64,000 bases of DNA from the human T2T-CHM13v2.0 reference genome, Homo sapiens: the NCBI RefSeq assembly GCF_009914755.1, contig NC_060926.1; one strand, given 5' to 3'. Under the pieces are notes generated by a model. It saw nothing but the letters and a program-made list of their open reading frames with translations. It was not told the DNA's origin and ran no database searches. Both the position numbers and the translations under genes were made by a program. Positions 39,591-54,760 of this stretch are shown here, piece by piece (the first letter of the stretch is position 1; every line of letters starts with the position of its first letter).

Positions 39591-39799
39591 ATCAGATACA
39601 ATAACTTTTAAATATAGAACATTATAAAACATAATGAAGATATTTCATAACAGCAATGGAATACATCAAAAAACATAAAAATGAATGCATATGTGCCTAA
39701 AAACACAGTTCAAAATATATTTAAAAAATTATACAGAGAAAAAGATAATTTTACCATCATAGAGACATTAGGTAACTCTTTTAGCAACTAATAGAACAA

Positions 39800-40154
39800 T
39801 GTATTGGTTCATTCTCATGCTGTTGTAAAGAACTACCTGAGACTCAGTAACTTATGAAGGAAAGAGGTTTAATTGACTCATTGTTCCACATGGCGGCAGA
39901 GGGAGGCCTCAAGAAACTTACAATCAAGATGAATTGCGAAGGGGAAGAAAGCACATCTTACCATGGCAGAGCAGGAGAGAGAGTGAATGGGGAGGTGACA
40001 CACACTTTTAAACCATCAGATCTCATGAGAACTCACTCACTATTAAGAGAACAGCAAGGGGAATATCTGCCCGCAGGGTCCAGTCATCTGCCACTAGGCC
40101 CCTCCTCCAATTCAATATGAGATTTGAGCAGGGACACAAATATAAACCATATCA
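39800..40154 (-). mobile_element. THE1D/MSTA-like MaLR solo LTR
   Basis: TGTATTGGTTCATTCTCATGCTG...AAACCATCAGATCTCATGAGAACTCACTCAC...AAACCATATCA; TSD AACAA/AACAG. Confidence 0.9.
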
Positions 40155-41494
40155 AACAGCTACACCAAAAAATAAAGTTACAGATAATATAAACAATACT
40201 ATGAATCATTGTGACTTAGATGTTTATAGAGCACTAAGAACTGCAATTGAAGAGTACAAATTATTTTCCTGTGAATATAAAATGTTCACCAGTTTAAACA
40301 TATGCTGGGACATCACATAAGTATCAGAAAACTTCAACTGATTGTAGTCATACAGAGTACATTCTAAGACTATAATCAAAGTAGGCATATATAACGATAA
40401 AGTATCAGGTAGATCCCCAATATTTGGAAGGTAAACTATATATTTCAAAAAAATCAGATTTCAAAGAGGAAATCACAAGAAAAGTCAAAAAACATATCTA
40501 GCAAATGATAACACAATACAATATATCAGAAGTTGTTGGATGCAGCTGAAGTAGTACTTAGAAGCTTCAATGTCTATCTTAGAAAAATATAAAGGTCTAA
40601 AATCAATGACTAAAAGATGATGGAAAAAAAGAAGTAGAAGGGAGGAAAAAATGATCAGATTGGATATTAATGAAATCAGCAGCAAACAAAAATAAAGATA
40701 ATAAGAAAACATTTGGTTCTTTCAAAAGATAACAAAATTGACAAAATATTTATTAGACTATGAAATAAAATGAGAACACAAATTAACAATATCAGAAATG
40801 AAAAAGTATTAGTGTAGATCATACAAACAGTAAAATAATAAAAGTATAACCACAATAACTTTTATACTAATTTGAGAACTTAGATGAAATGAATATTTTT
40901 AACAGCTATAACGTTAAATTTGATACAATATTAAAGAACATAGTCTTATATTTAATTTGATTTATCAAAAACATTTACATGAAGAAATCTCCAGACCTAG
41001 GTTATTTTATTGTTGAATGCCATAAAATATTTAATAAATAAATATTAATTTCACACAAACTCTTCCACAAAAGAAACAAAAGCAAGCACTTTCCACAACA
41101 TCTTATAAGGCCAGTAAAGCTCATAAGAAAACCTGACAATACCATTTCAAAAAATAAAATTATAGGCCAAAATCCCTCTTGAACGTAGATGCAAAAATGA
41201 TAATATGTTTACCAGGCAAGATCAGGCAATATATTACAAAGGTAATACATCACGAATGTGTTAGTCTGTTTTTGCATTGCTATGAAGGAATACCTGAGAC
41301 TGGGTAACTAATAAAGAAGAAAGGTTTAATTGGCTCTCTGCAAATTGTACAGGAATTGTGGTGTTGGCATCTGCTTCTTGTGAGGGCCTCAGGAAGCTTA
41401 CAATCGTGGCAGAAGGTGAAGGGGGAGGAGAGGGGAAGCAAGAAAGAGAGAGGAGGAGTAAGACAGAGAGAGGGAGAGTTGTTATGCTCTTTTA

Positions 41495-42897
<1,403 letters not shown>

Positions 42898-44325
42898 CTC
42901 TTTTAAACAGATTTTAAACCAGATCTCATGTGAACTCAGAGTGAGAACTAACTCATTACCACAAGGGGTCACCAATCCATTCTTAAGGGACCCACCTCCA
43001 TGACCCAAACACCTCCCACCGGGTCCTACCTCCAATATTGGTGATTACATTTCAACATGAGATTAAGAGGGGACAAATATCCAAACTATATCAATGAACA
43101 AATAGAGTTCATCTCAGTAATACAAGGTTGGTTTCACCATTGAAAGTCAACCATGAGAATTCATCAATTTTAGAGTATAATAGAGAAAAGCCAGGTGACT
43201 ATTTCAATAGATAAGAAAAAAATCACAAAATCAATTTTTCATAATATTCTCACAGTACAGTAGTGGGAAGAAACTTTCTCATTCTGATAAAGAACTTCTA
43301 CCAAAACAAAACCAAGCCTACAGCTAATATCGTATTTGACGTCAAAATACTGAATACTTTCCCAAAGATTGGGACCAAGTTAAAAGTGCACAAAAGAGCC
43401 AATGGGGATGAAATGGGCTAGCTATTGACCTCAAGACCTTTTATAAAGACACTCATGCCATTCATGGGGGAACCCACATGTCCTGTTCACCTCCACCCTC
43501 ATAGTCTCTAGGTGCTATCGCCCTATATGCAGTTATGATTGAATAGAGGCCCAGTTAAGGCAATAAACGCCTCAAGAATGAACAAGAATTACTTTTACAC
43601 ATGCACTGTTGGGTATAAAATGACATATATTTGATGCTAAGTAAGATTAGTCATTAAACATTTAAAAAACACAATTTAAAGTAAGAAAGGAGTAAATTTG
43701 GAAAATCAATCAACATAAACCTAGTTGGCAGTACTAAAATGCATCTAATATTTAATATTAACTTTATAAATAATCATATTTTACTACACATTTCAGGTGC
43801 AAATGCAATGTTTGTACTGTATTTATGATTGAACACTTTTCTGTTTCTCCCTCAGTTGAGTAAAATATTCTGGTCTCAATATAAATACATCATGTAAAAT
43901 GTAGCATAGTGTCAAAACATGATATTCATATATAATTGTAAAAGCTAACACACAAATTACTCTTTTGACTTAAATATAATGAACCATAAGAAATTATATG
44001 TGGCTTACTTTTATTTAAATCAAAATCAAGGAATATATCATAATTTCTCTCTTAATGCTTCAGCTTTCTCTGCTATTTCCCAAAGACACCAACTTTACTA
44101 AGCTGCCTTTTGTGTTATTAATGTTAATAATGAAATATATTGGTCTCTTTTATAGGAAATTGAATAACCATGATGCTTTAGTTTTTCGTAAGGTAAACTG
44201 ATGTTACAACAGAATTACTTTACCACTAATTGTAATGTTCTCAATGAGTCTGAATGTTATTCCTTTATATGTTTTAACTGAGTAATTTTTGAAAAGCAAA
44301 TTTAAGGTTAAATTAGGGTGAACAC

Positions 44326-44669
<344 letters not shown>

Positions 44670-45288
44670 TTAGTCCTGGTGTGTGCCCATTTTCCCAGTG
44701 TCCTGTCTGTTTAGTGCCTCCGCTCACTGTAAATGTGTTCTCTTTTGGATAATAAATTATCTTCACCCCAGGTAAAATACTAAGGAAATTAAATCCTTCT
44801 AAGAGGTACCAAGAGACGTGTATGGACTTATGAATAAGTAAATGGGAGTCTTTTCTAAGAATGACCTGCATCTTTCCTCTTGTTCCTGCCTCAAATATGT
44901 ATGTTACCAAGTCACTTCACGGTCACAATCACAATAGGCTAGCTCTCTGGCAAAAGAAGAGGCAGGAAACTTCCAGGGAAACTGACATAAGGAGAGAAAT
45001 GAAAGCTCTGAATGAGAACCCAAGGAAGAGACAAAGATAGCAGAAGAGAAACAGAAGCAAAAACCGCTATGTGCATTAAAAAAAGGTACAAAATAAATGC
45101 TACCAAGCAGTGAGGTCATGAATAAACACACCAGGCAATATGTTCTTTCTTCATCTAGAAGAGGGTGGGAATCCTTTTATCCTCTTGCACTCAGAGACCA
45201 GTTTCTTGTTAAGAAAGTATTTTGGTTATTGTACTATTTGAAACAATAAAGTTGTCTACATAATAACCATTTGCCTTCCATGCAAATG

Positions 45289-45686
45289 CGGGTGGTCCCT
45301 GTCTTATGACGGTTGAACTTAAACTTTTTTGACTTTATGATATGCATTCAGTAGAAATTCCACTTCAAATTTTGTATTTTTATCTTTTCCAGCAATATGC
45401 CTCTGACACTCTCTCAAGATTCTGGGTAGTGATGGTGATCCCAGCTCCCAGTCAACCACAGGGTCATGAGGTTAAACGACCAATACTTTACAATGAACTG
45501 TGATGTCCAATGAATTTGCCCACTGTAGGCTAATGTAAGTAAGTGTTCTGAGCACATTTAAGGTAGGCTAAACTGAGCTATGACGTTTACTACGCTATAT
45601 GTATTAAATGCATTTCCCACTATGATATTTTCAACTTACAATGGGTATATCGGTGCATAACCCCATAGTAAATTGAGGAGGATGTG
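45289..45686. mobile_element. MER47/Tigger5-family DNA transposon
   Basis: Right end TTTTCAACTTACAATGGGTATATCGGTGCATAACCCCATAGTAAATTGAGGAGGATGTG followed by TA; internal GTGTTCTGAGCACATTTAAGGTAGGCTA. Confidence 0.78.
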
Positions 45687-46599
45687 TAGTATTTTTACCC
45701 TAACATTACAAATAAGAGCTCACTCCTAAAATATAATTGTACTACACATAATAGAATTATACTTAACATGCAAATGTTTTTAGAATATATCATATACATA
45801 ATTACTGAATACAGACAAACTGAAGCCAGGTGTAAAAATGAGATTTATATTTACCCACCATGTTTAACTGAGTAGATTTTCTAACCATTCTAGAGAAAAA
45901 GAAATTATATTTGAAAAGGTATTTGAGTTACTAACATCTGTAATTAATATCTTTCAACACGTATATGTTACAATGAATCTAACAGGCTCCTAAATATTTA
46001 ATTACCATTATTCTAAATATTATCTAATTATATATATATGACAAAGATGCATTATATATATATAATACATTCTATAACAGGTCTAGTTACAAAAGTATCT
46101 CTACTTTCAAAATGAGTGAAATATACTTTATAAATGATATTCTGACGAGTATGTGTATCTTTTCTGAGGTGTCGCCCATCTATGTCAGCTGTGAGCCAAC
46201 AACATGCAGGGTATATATTTCTGCCTTGCTCCACTATTAAGCTTAATTTTGGTAATTATTTTTGTTCTTTTTCCTTCAAACTTGTCTCTTTATACATTTT
46301 GAAAGAACATTAGCATAATCAGAGCATTCTGTAAGAAATTTATGAATATTAATCATCCCCCACTCCTAGCTCAGATAGATTAGTATTCAGACCAAGAAAT
46401 CCATTTTCAAAATGACCAGTCAAAAAATTACTAATTCATATTGTGATTTGTTCATTTCTCACCTTTCCTCTAAAAGTCTATGGGGTTATGCTACATTAAA
46501 TTCTCCTTACAGTTTATGATTTTATTATTTTTAGAAAGTAAAAAATATAAATATAGGACTGAAGATTTTGTTTGCATGTGTTTTTCTTCATAGTAATTT

Positions 46600-46780
46600 T
46601 CACACTAATATCAAGGTCAGGTGTTGTGCTTACATCATCTCATTTAGTTCTCACCACAGTACTGATTAGCATTCTCTCCATGCTTTCAAATAAAAAATTG
46701 AGCTTTCAAAGGATAATAACTCACCAAAAATCACATGTCTAGGGAACGCCAGAACTGGAATTCAAACTAGTTCTTACTTT
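46600..46780 (-). mobile_element. MIR SINE fragment
   Basis: ATCTCATTTAGTTCTCACCACAG...TAACTCACCAAAAATCACATG...AGAACTGGAATTCAAAC. Confidence 0.6.
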
Positions 46781-49189
46781 TACATCAGTATTTTCCTGGT
46801 GGTATTTTCTGGGGGAGTGAAGTGGTGGTGGGGAAACTGGAAACAATTTAAATGCCTATAGGACATTTGCTAAGCAAATTACTGTCTGATATTAATAATG
46901 GGCTATCCAGTTAATAAAATGAAAGATTGACAAAAAATATTGACAAAATAAATATAACCCCTGAAGCTGATAACATTATTTCTTGGAAGGGGATTGGGTC
47001 AACCTGGAAATGGCAAGAAAAGAGGATCTTCTATTCTTTACTGTGTGTATATTTTTATGTGATGTGTTTTTTAAATGATATATGTTTATATTTATTATTT
47101 ATTATAATACGTATTATTTATTTATATGTCATCTTTATGTTTTAGTATTAAAAAGGGAAAGAAAAATCCTATATATTCGAATCTGCTGGCTCCACAACCT
47201 TTCCTCTTTCTGTTAAAATATGATGCAGCTAAATGCTGTTCTCCTTCTTGATATGCTATAAACAGTTCATACAAGGAAAGAAAAATGACTTTACTAATTT
47301 AGTCTGACAACTGGCTCTAAGTATGACAGCAGTCAGGCTGGCTGGTGGACTTTGCTGACAACACATTAGCAAGGGGAAATTGGTTCTTTTGCAGTACAGG
47401 TGACTCATTCCTTCATCTTAGCCATAATGTCACTTGTGATTGAACTACCCTAATAAAAGGAACATACGTTTTCTTCTCTCTTGATGTTAGAAACTCCACA
47501 TAATTAAAAATGGTGAAGTTAAAAATTGGTCATTATGATTTCTATGATATTCTTGTCTATCTGTTAGTTGATGTGGTTATAATAAACAGCCCCTTATCTC
47601 CAATGAGAAAGATTTAAACTTCATAGGATATTTGCATCACTTTTGACTCTACAGTTAAATTACTGAAAGCAGACTCTATTGTATCCTGTTTCCAATTCCA
47701 AGTAAATGCTTAGTGCTGTGACATGGTAATTGTCTCAGCATTCCACTTGCTTTGGAGTTAATCTGGTATTTGGTTCAGAGAAGGTCAATTCAGGCACAAA
47801 CTGAAGAAATCTTTCTAGTCACAGAAGAAACAAACCAAATTACATCAGAAAGAAAGTTAAATCTAAAAAAAAATTAGACCTCTTAGGTAATCGCATAGTA
47901 TTGCTGGTAATTTTCCAAAGTGGCCTTGTTCTAATTATAGAAAGTCATACATACAGGTATAATTTAGATCTCGGACATTAGTATTCAAGATACCTTCTTA
48001 CAAATTGCATTGTGCTAGTTGTGATCCGACCAGGAATTAGGCTTCCTGCTGGTCTCCTACCTATATTACATCCACTTACAGCCAATCTGCCTAAAATCTC
48101 TGAGGAGAGGGCAGAAAAAATATCCCAGAAATGTTCTTTTCCTAGGGCTTCTGCTCTGAATCACATATCTGTTCTCCTACCTGAGTGGGTGTTGGATTAC
48201 ATTAGAACATAAAGAACACCTTTTCTCACTAATCCTTTTTAGCATGGCAGCTCCAAGAAAGTTTGCAGTTTCTTTCCCCCTGCCTCAGTGCAGAAGTACA
48301 AGTGCATATCACACCACTGCAAGCACTAGAGGAAAAAGAGTACAAGACAGATAAAGAGAATTTTAAAATTTTATTATTTCTCTAATAACTTTAGTTAATA
48401 ATCCCAATTCATTTAAGAGAAACATGAATATTTTATTTGAACAGTGATTGTTACCGAAGGTGCTCTATTGAACCACTTTTCTCTGGGCCGTGGCAGGTGG
48501 TGGGGAGTAGCGTCCTCTGGTTCTTTTAATAATCCTAACCAATTCTAAAACTTTACAGTCGCATGCTGTAGAAAAATAGCCTCTATTCAATTAACTATTA
48601 GTCCTATTCCTTTTAAAGTGCAGTCTCATACAATTAAAGAGTCTTCTACTACGCAAAGAAAACTAGACTATTGACTATGGTCTATGAGGTAGAGGTAAGG
48701 AGAGCTGCGGTCTGTTCTCCTGCTTTTAACTTCCCTGTACTTGTCCCCTGGTGTTGCAGGAGGAGGAAGGGAAAGGAAAATACATTTTAGTTTTCATCAT
48801 GGCCTATGGCAAAGCTTCAGTCTCTTTTCTTTCAGTTACCACTACTGCTAATGTTGCTTGTCCGTAGGCTCAGGGTAGGCAGACATGCACATCAACAGGC
48901 AGTAAAGACAGACTGTCCTTCTTAACTAGCCATGGTGAACTCTGGTGGTACTCAGTTACCTGATGACTCCTAGCTTTGAATCCCAGCCTATTTCCTTGGA
49001 TATTTAGACTTCCCTTCTAAAACTATGAACATCTTCAGCTGGCTTACATTCCTCAATGAGATCTGTTATTGTGGTTCCCAGATCTAGTCACTATAGATGC
49101 AGAAAAAAGCCTATTCTTCGAGATAGTCCTTGCACAGTGGATCTTGTGATTCCAAACACACTACCCTCTCTAAGGCTCTTTGGCCTTCT

Positions 49190-50372
49190 GATAGAATGGG
49201 AGCAAATTAGTCCGGTCAACAAGTCTTTGGTTAAGCTGTTATTATTCTGGTATTGTGAGGTCTTTGATGGCAGGGTCAATGCATATCATTGTATTCCCAC
49301 AGATATGCACAATTCCTGGCACAAAACAGGCATGCAGTAATTGTTTACATTTTGCAATGTAAACTCAGATATAATTAATGGTGATAGGTGTCTCAATGTC
49401 AGCAATAAAAAGCAGTCTTTCCCTTCTTATCAACACATCCAACCTTCTTGAGTAATTCTCTTGGCATCACCTTCTCCTGTCTTTAGGAGGAAAAACTAGT
49501 GGAGATAACATCTTTTTCATAAACAATGCATGCTCTAAGAAAGTCAACCACCTTCTCGTCTCAATTCTTTCCAATCACTGTAAGGCCGTCAAAGGAGTCC
49601 TGCGTATTTTTCTTTTACAACTTTAGGCAAAACCGTTAAACACTTTCTATTTCTGTGTGTTTTATTTTAAAATTAAAAAGTCATTATAATTTAATATTGA
49701 GGAGTATGTAAATAGAAATATAAGGCTTTCTGAGTATGGAATTTTGTCTCATTGAAAACCAGAGAAATAACTTTCTGATAGTTAAGAGTTTTCTGCACTG
49801 TAAAGTTGGAGACTAAATGATTTGTATTCTCTCTCAATGAGCCTGTGAGATGATGGATTCCCTAAATACTGAGAGATCCAGATGACCACTCTTTGTTCCT
49901 TTAGCATTCAATAGGTACAAGTTTACCCTGAGCATAAGCTATATTTGAAAGATAAACAATCATCTTTAGACATTGATTTGCTTCAGGTACTAATTTGAGA
50001 ACCAATACAGTCAAATTTGCTCAGTTCTGTGAAAGGTGAAAAATAGAAATTGCTGTTAATATTTAAGTCATGGTTATACAAACTAACTTTAATTGTAAGT
50101 CATGTAAGTGGATTAAACTCTCTTAATAAATCACTTTTTCATTTTACTTGATGCCTCCATTCCTCATTGCATAATGGAGTAAACGTTTAGATGGTCCCTT
50201 TGTTGTAAATTGCTATGGCAGTGTGAGGTCTTTGATAGCAGAGGCAATGTCTATCATTTCATTCCCACAGATGAGCACAATTTTTGGTACAAAACAGTCA
50301 TGTAGTAAGTGATTTTTGAGTTTAAAATTTTGAGTGTAAACTCAAATAAATTTATGGTAATCGAGTTTCAAA
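49190..50372 (+). repeat. Pair of diverged direct repeats (49190-49397 and 50170-50372) containing L2 3'-end-like sequence
   Basis: 49254-49343 vs 50222-50311 align ungapped at 75/90 by my count; both are followed by TGTAAACTCA.AT. Confidence 0.8.
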
Positions 50373-50964
50373 GCATGACTAAATACATGACACAAGAAAA
50401 TATTTAGTCTTGGTATTAGATTTAAATATTTTTATGATTGTTAAATTGCAATTAATTATAACTTTAGGATAATAGCATCAACATTAACAACCTTATTGAT
50501 AACAAAATTAATCTAAGCACCCTTTTAACACTAACTCTACATCAGTGAGTAAACTGAGCATTACCTAATTATTTATTCCTCAACAAAATACATAAAATAG
50601 GAAATATTTATTAGTTTTTTACAACTAAAGTGTTTAAATTACTATGACAAGATTGCAAAGCTAAGGCTGAGTGCTACAGTTGGAAATAAATTCAGGCATC
50701 TCTCTCTACAAACCCCCACTTTTAACCACAAGACTCCATGGTCTGGATAAAGCTTAAACTATGATTAAGCAGTCTAAAAGAATCTTACAAGATGAAATAT
50801 ATAATTTTGGAATGGAATTATAATCGAAAATTACACTCGGTATTATGATCAATATTTGAAGATTTAAGAAATAGGAATAATTTCTATCTCAATTTCATGG
50901 AGATGATAAAGAATAGGAAATGAAAAAATTAGGAACATGTCGTATTTCACTAGTTTTGGATCAC

Positions 50965-51253
<289 letters not shown>

Positions 51254-52387
51254 TTGGATCACGTTGTTAAAAAATAAGCATTTTAGTGACCTGATTTGAA
51301 ACAAGTAAATATTTTCTTTTCATCTCAAGCATACTATTAAGAACCTATTCCACAGTGATTTTTAAACTTAACTTTAGAGATCAAAGTTGTCTATAACTAT
51401 CATCCAATTTACATTTTCAAGTGAAAATAATTTGGAAAATTCTGACTTGGAGTTAGAGATCAATAGTCCCCACTCCTTACAAAATGTTTATCATAAGTAA
51501 ATCTTCCAAAGAATCAAGATAGAAGGTAATTTCAAATCTTTTTACTCAACATTAATATATAATCTTCATGCTATGAGTCATAAATTAAGACAGCTTATTA
51601 TAGATGAATTTATGTAAATGTGTAGTGAAAGAGGGTCATGTTAATAATATTCCCAAACTATTATTATACGCCAAGCATAGCTTGTTATGGATTCATTCTA
51701 TCATTTACTTCTGAGTGACAGTAGTTTATAGATTTCTTTAAAGAAAAATCAGTTGTAAATCCTTGAAAAAAAGTTAAAATTCAGAAAGTGCTATTCCTCA
51801 TTGAGAAACTTCATATATGATGTTGCATTGAAGTGTCTTTAATATTATGTTTACTTAAAAGTTCTTTTTATAGGCTTCTAATCTCTAAAATAACAAAAAT
51901 GACCAATATTATGACTTTCAGGGATTGAAATGCTAAATTTGAAGTCTTTGAATACACTGGAAATTTTAAAATTCTAAAACTCACAACAATATAAGAATTA
52001 TGGTTTTATACTTGATATTGTTTTGGTTTAATATGACAATCCCTTGTTTTTGTGATTTAAGAATAGGTTTCTCATAACAAAGAAAGAAAGCTGAAAGTTG
52101 TTAACATTATTATAATATATTGTATTGAATTATGTTAGGTTAGGTTATGCTACAAATTCACATATTTGGCTCAAATTAGCTAAGACACCAAAAATTATCT
52201 AATAGAATACAAATATTCATTTTAAAATCAAGTTTACTAAGATGAAACTATTTATTTCATATGGCTAATTATTATTATTGTTCAATATTATCCTTAATGA
52301 TTCTCACAAGTATTAATGGAGAGTTTCTTGCTAAATACTTTAATCTTTTATGTTAGTGTCAGGAACCTTTCTAAACTCCCTCTTGTG

Positions 52388-52523
52388 TGTTTTTGTTTTT
52401 TCCAAGCTTTATCGGGCATGATTCACAAAAAAACTTGCATATCTTTAAGGTATACAATGTGATGTTTTGATATACATATACATAGTAAAATGATTACTAC
52501 AATCAAGCTAATTAACATATCCA
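52388..52523 (-). mobile_element. L1MA 3' end fragment
   Basis: TTTAAGGTATACAATGTGATGTTTTGATATACATATACATAGTAAAATGATTACTACAATCAAGCTAATTAACATATCCA. Confidence 0.85.
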
Positions 52524-53525
52524 ACTTAAAACATAAATATGCATTGTTCATTTTTTAGTTTTTTCTTTTTCAGTACTTACAATTACTTTTCAAAAGGATT
52601 TTACATCATTATTAGATAAAAGAATAAGTTATAAATGAACATGTAAAGGAACACGGTTAGTTGTCAATAAGAAATTGTTACATCCTTATCACTTCTATAA
52701 ATGAGTTATGTTGTTTCCAAAGCTGAACAATAACTTCAATAAATAAAAATATTTTTCGACAGCTAAACAGATTAATATTTTATAGCATTTTAGGAAGAGG
52801 TACCCTAGTTAGGAACACTATTTAATTGGTACTAATGAATATGTATCATTTGTGCTCCTATTGTTTTGACTTCTTGGCTGGGAAAAGCAAGCTATTATTT
52901 TGAGCAAGGTGAGATACGTATTTCTGTTAAGCCATTGCTTCATAGATTAACATTAGCAAGAAATCCTTGCAAAAGAAAGGCAATTGGAACACAGTTATTG
53001 AGACTTATTGCTCACTTTTCATTTACCCTTCTAAGGATCAACTTAACTAATCAATTTATCAACTAGCGACATATATTTAAACCTTTACTTAGAACTTTAT
53101 TGTTCTTTCTGTTTTTGGTACACTTCAGAAATATAAAGAGAATGTTCATTGATAATTTCGTCTATTTTTAAAACCACATATAACACATATTTCAAAAGAA
53201 CTTTACCTAAGGCAAAATTCTATTGTATGTTATTGAATATGAATGGTGAAAATATAAAATTTTCTAATGAAAACTGACTGGATTCAATGTTTCAGAGTGA
53301 AAATTTATCTTTCTTTTTTTAAATATATTATTAATATCAGAAATATCTTCCCTATGAGTGAACTCCATGCAAACAAAATATCTTCTGCGTTAGGTTTTGG
53401 AAGATAGCAGACTGAATACAGTTTTTGCCTAGCAAATGTTCTATGAATACTCTTTTTAATAGTTTGTCTATTGACATCAAAGAAATAAATCTTTTTTTAA
53501 AGTCTATTTAAAATTAACAATTATA

Positions 53526-54145
53526 CAGCCAATCCTCATTCACAGATTTTATATTTTTGAATTTGCCTACTTACTAAAATGTATTTATAATCTTTAATCA
53601 ATACTTGCAGGGCTTTGGCAGTCATTCAGGGACATGTGCAGAGGCCAGGATACACATGTCCCCAGCTAAGGTCACACAAGGCAAAGTTCTGCTTTCTTTT
53701 TTTAGCTCTCATACTATAAATAAGTGTCCCTTTTGCAATCTCTTTAGCATCACTGTTTTACATTTTTGTGGGTTTTGTGGGTGATTTTGGTATTTAAAAT
53801 GTCTCTTGAGTGTAGTGCTGAAGTACTGTCTGGTGTTTCTAAGCACAAAACGGCTATGATGTGCCTTACAGAGGAAGTGTGTGTGTTGGATAAGCTTTGT
53901 TCAGGACTGAATTGTTGCACCTGAGTTCAATGTTAATGATAATATATATTAAATAAGATGTCTTCAAACAGAAACACATATAAAACAAGGTTATTAATTG
54001 ATCGGTTGAGAAAAAATATCATGATCAGAAGCTCACAGAAATCTAGCCCTGTATTTTCTGTAAGCACCATGGTTCAGCATTGACAAATTCCATGTTCACA
54101 GCAATTTTATACAATGTAACTACTGCAAATAATGAGAATTAGCTG
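53526..54145. mobile_element. MER82-like TcMar-Tigger DNA transposon
   Basis: TA TSDs; TIRs CAGCCAATCCTCATT and AATGAGAATTAGCTG; about 620 bp. Confidence 0.82.
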
Positions 54146-54309
54146 TATAACTAAGTAAATCAAATCCTGCTGAATAAATTAAACATCTGTTAATTTTTAT
54201 ATCTTTTTTTGTCGGTAAGGTATCTTCAACTTGATTATTATTCTTTATGCAAAAGGGTTAAAGTATGCTCTGAGCAATTGTAAAGAAATCTATTGGTATA
54301 TGGTGATAT

Positions 54310-54760
54310 GCTGTTTCAGAAATGCAAGTCAAATCATGTTTTCTCTCAGCTAAAAGGTGTTCTATGACCTTCCAAGGCTTAAAAGATGAAGCGCAGTTTC
54401 CTCATCATGGCATAAAAAGTTCAATCACAAGCCTAATACTTTCCTACCTCTCAAGCACTTGTCCTGATCATTCTCCCTTTTGCAGCTTCTGCACTGAAGT
54501 TCACATGCTATCCCCACTCCCTGTAAATGTTCTACTTGATCCTTGCCTAATTGTTGAACTTCTAAAACTCATCAAAATTCTCACTCCCAATGTTACTTTC
54601 TCTGTGACCATTTCTCTAAATTGCCAATGCAGAGATCATAACTTCCTTTTTTGTAATCCCATAGCATTTTGTAGTTTTCTTTTTTGTGCCTGTCTTTCTC
54701 ATTGCATTGAGAGTTGCTGCACTTTGGTAGTTGCATGTTGGATGTATGGAATTACTCAGA
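54310..54760 (+). mobile_element. L2 fragment
   Basis: AAATGCAAGTCAAATCATGT...CCTCATCATGGCATA...AATGTTACTTTCTCTGTGA resembles the L2 3' region. Confidence 0.55.

Noticed and set aside
48485-48525. Possible CTCF motif (AACCAGAGGACGCT on the minus strand)
   Set aside because: Only a partial match to the core consensus; cannot be supported without PWM scoring or ChIP data.
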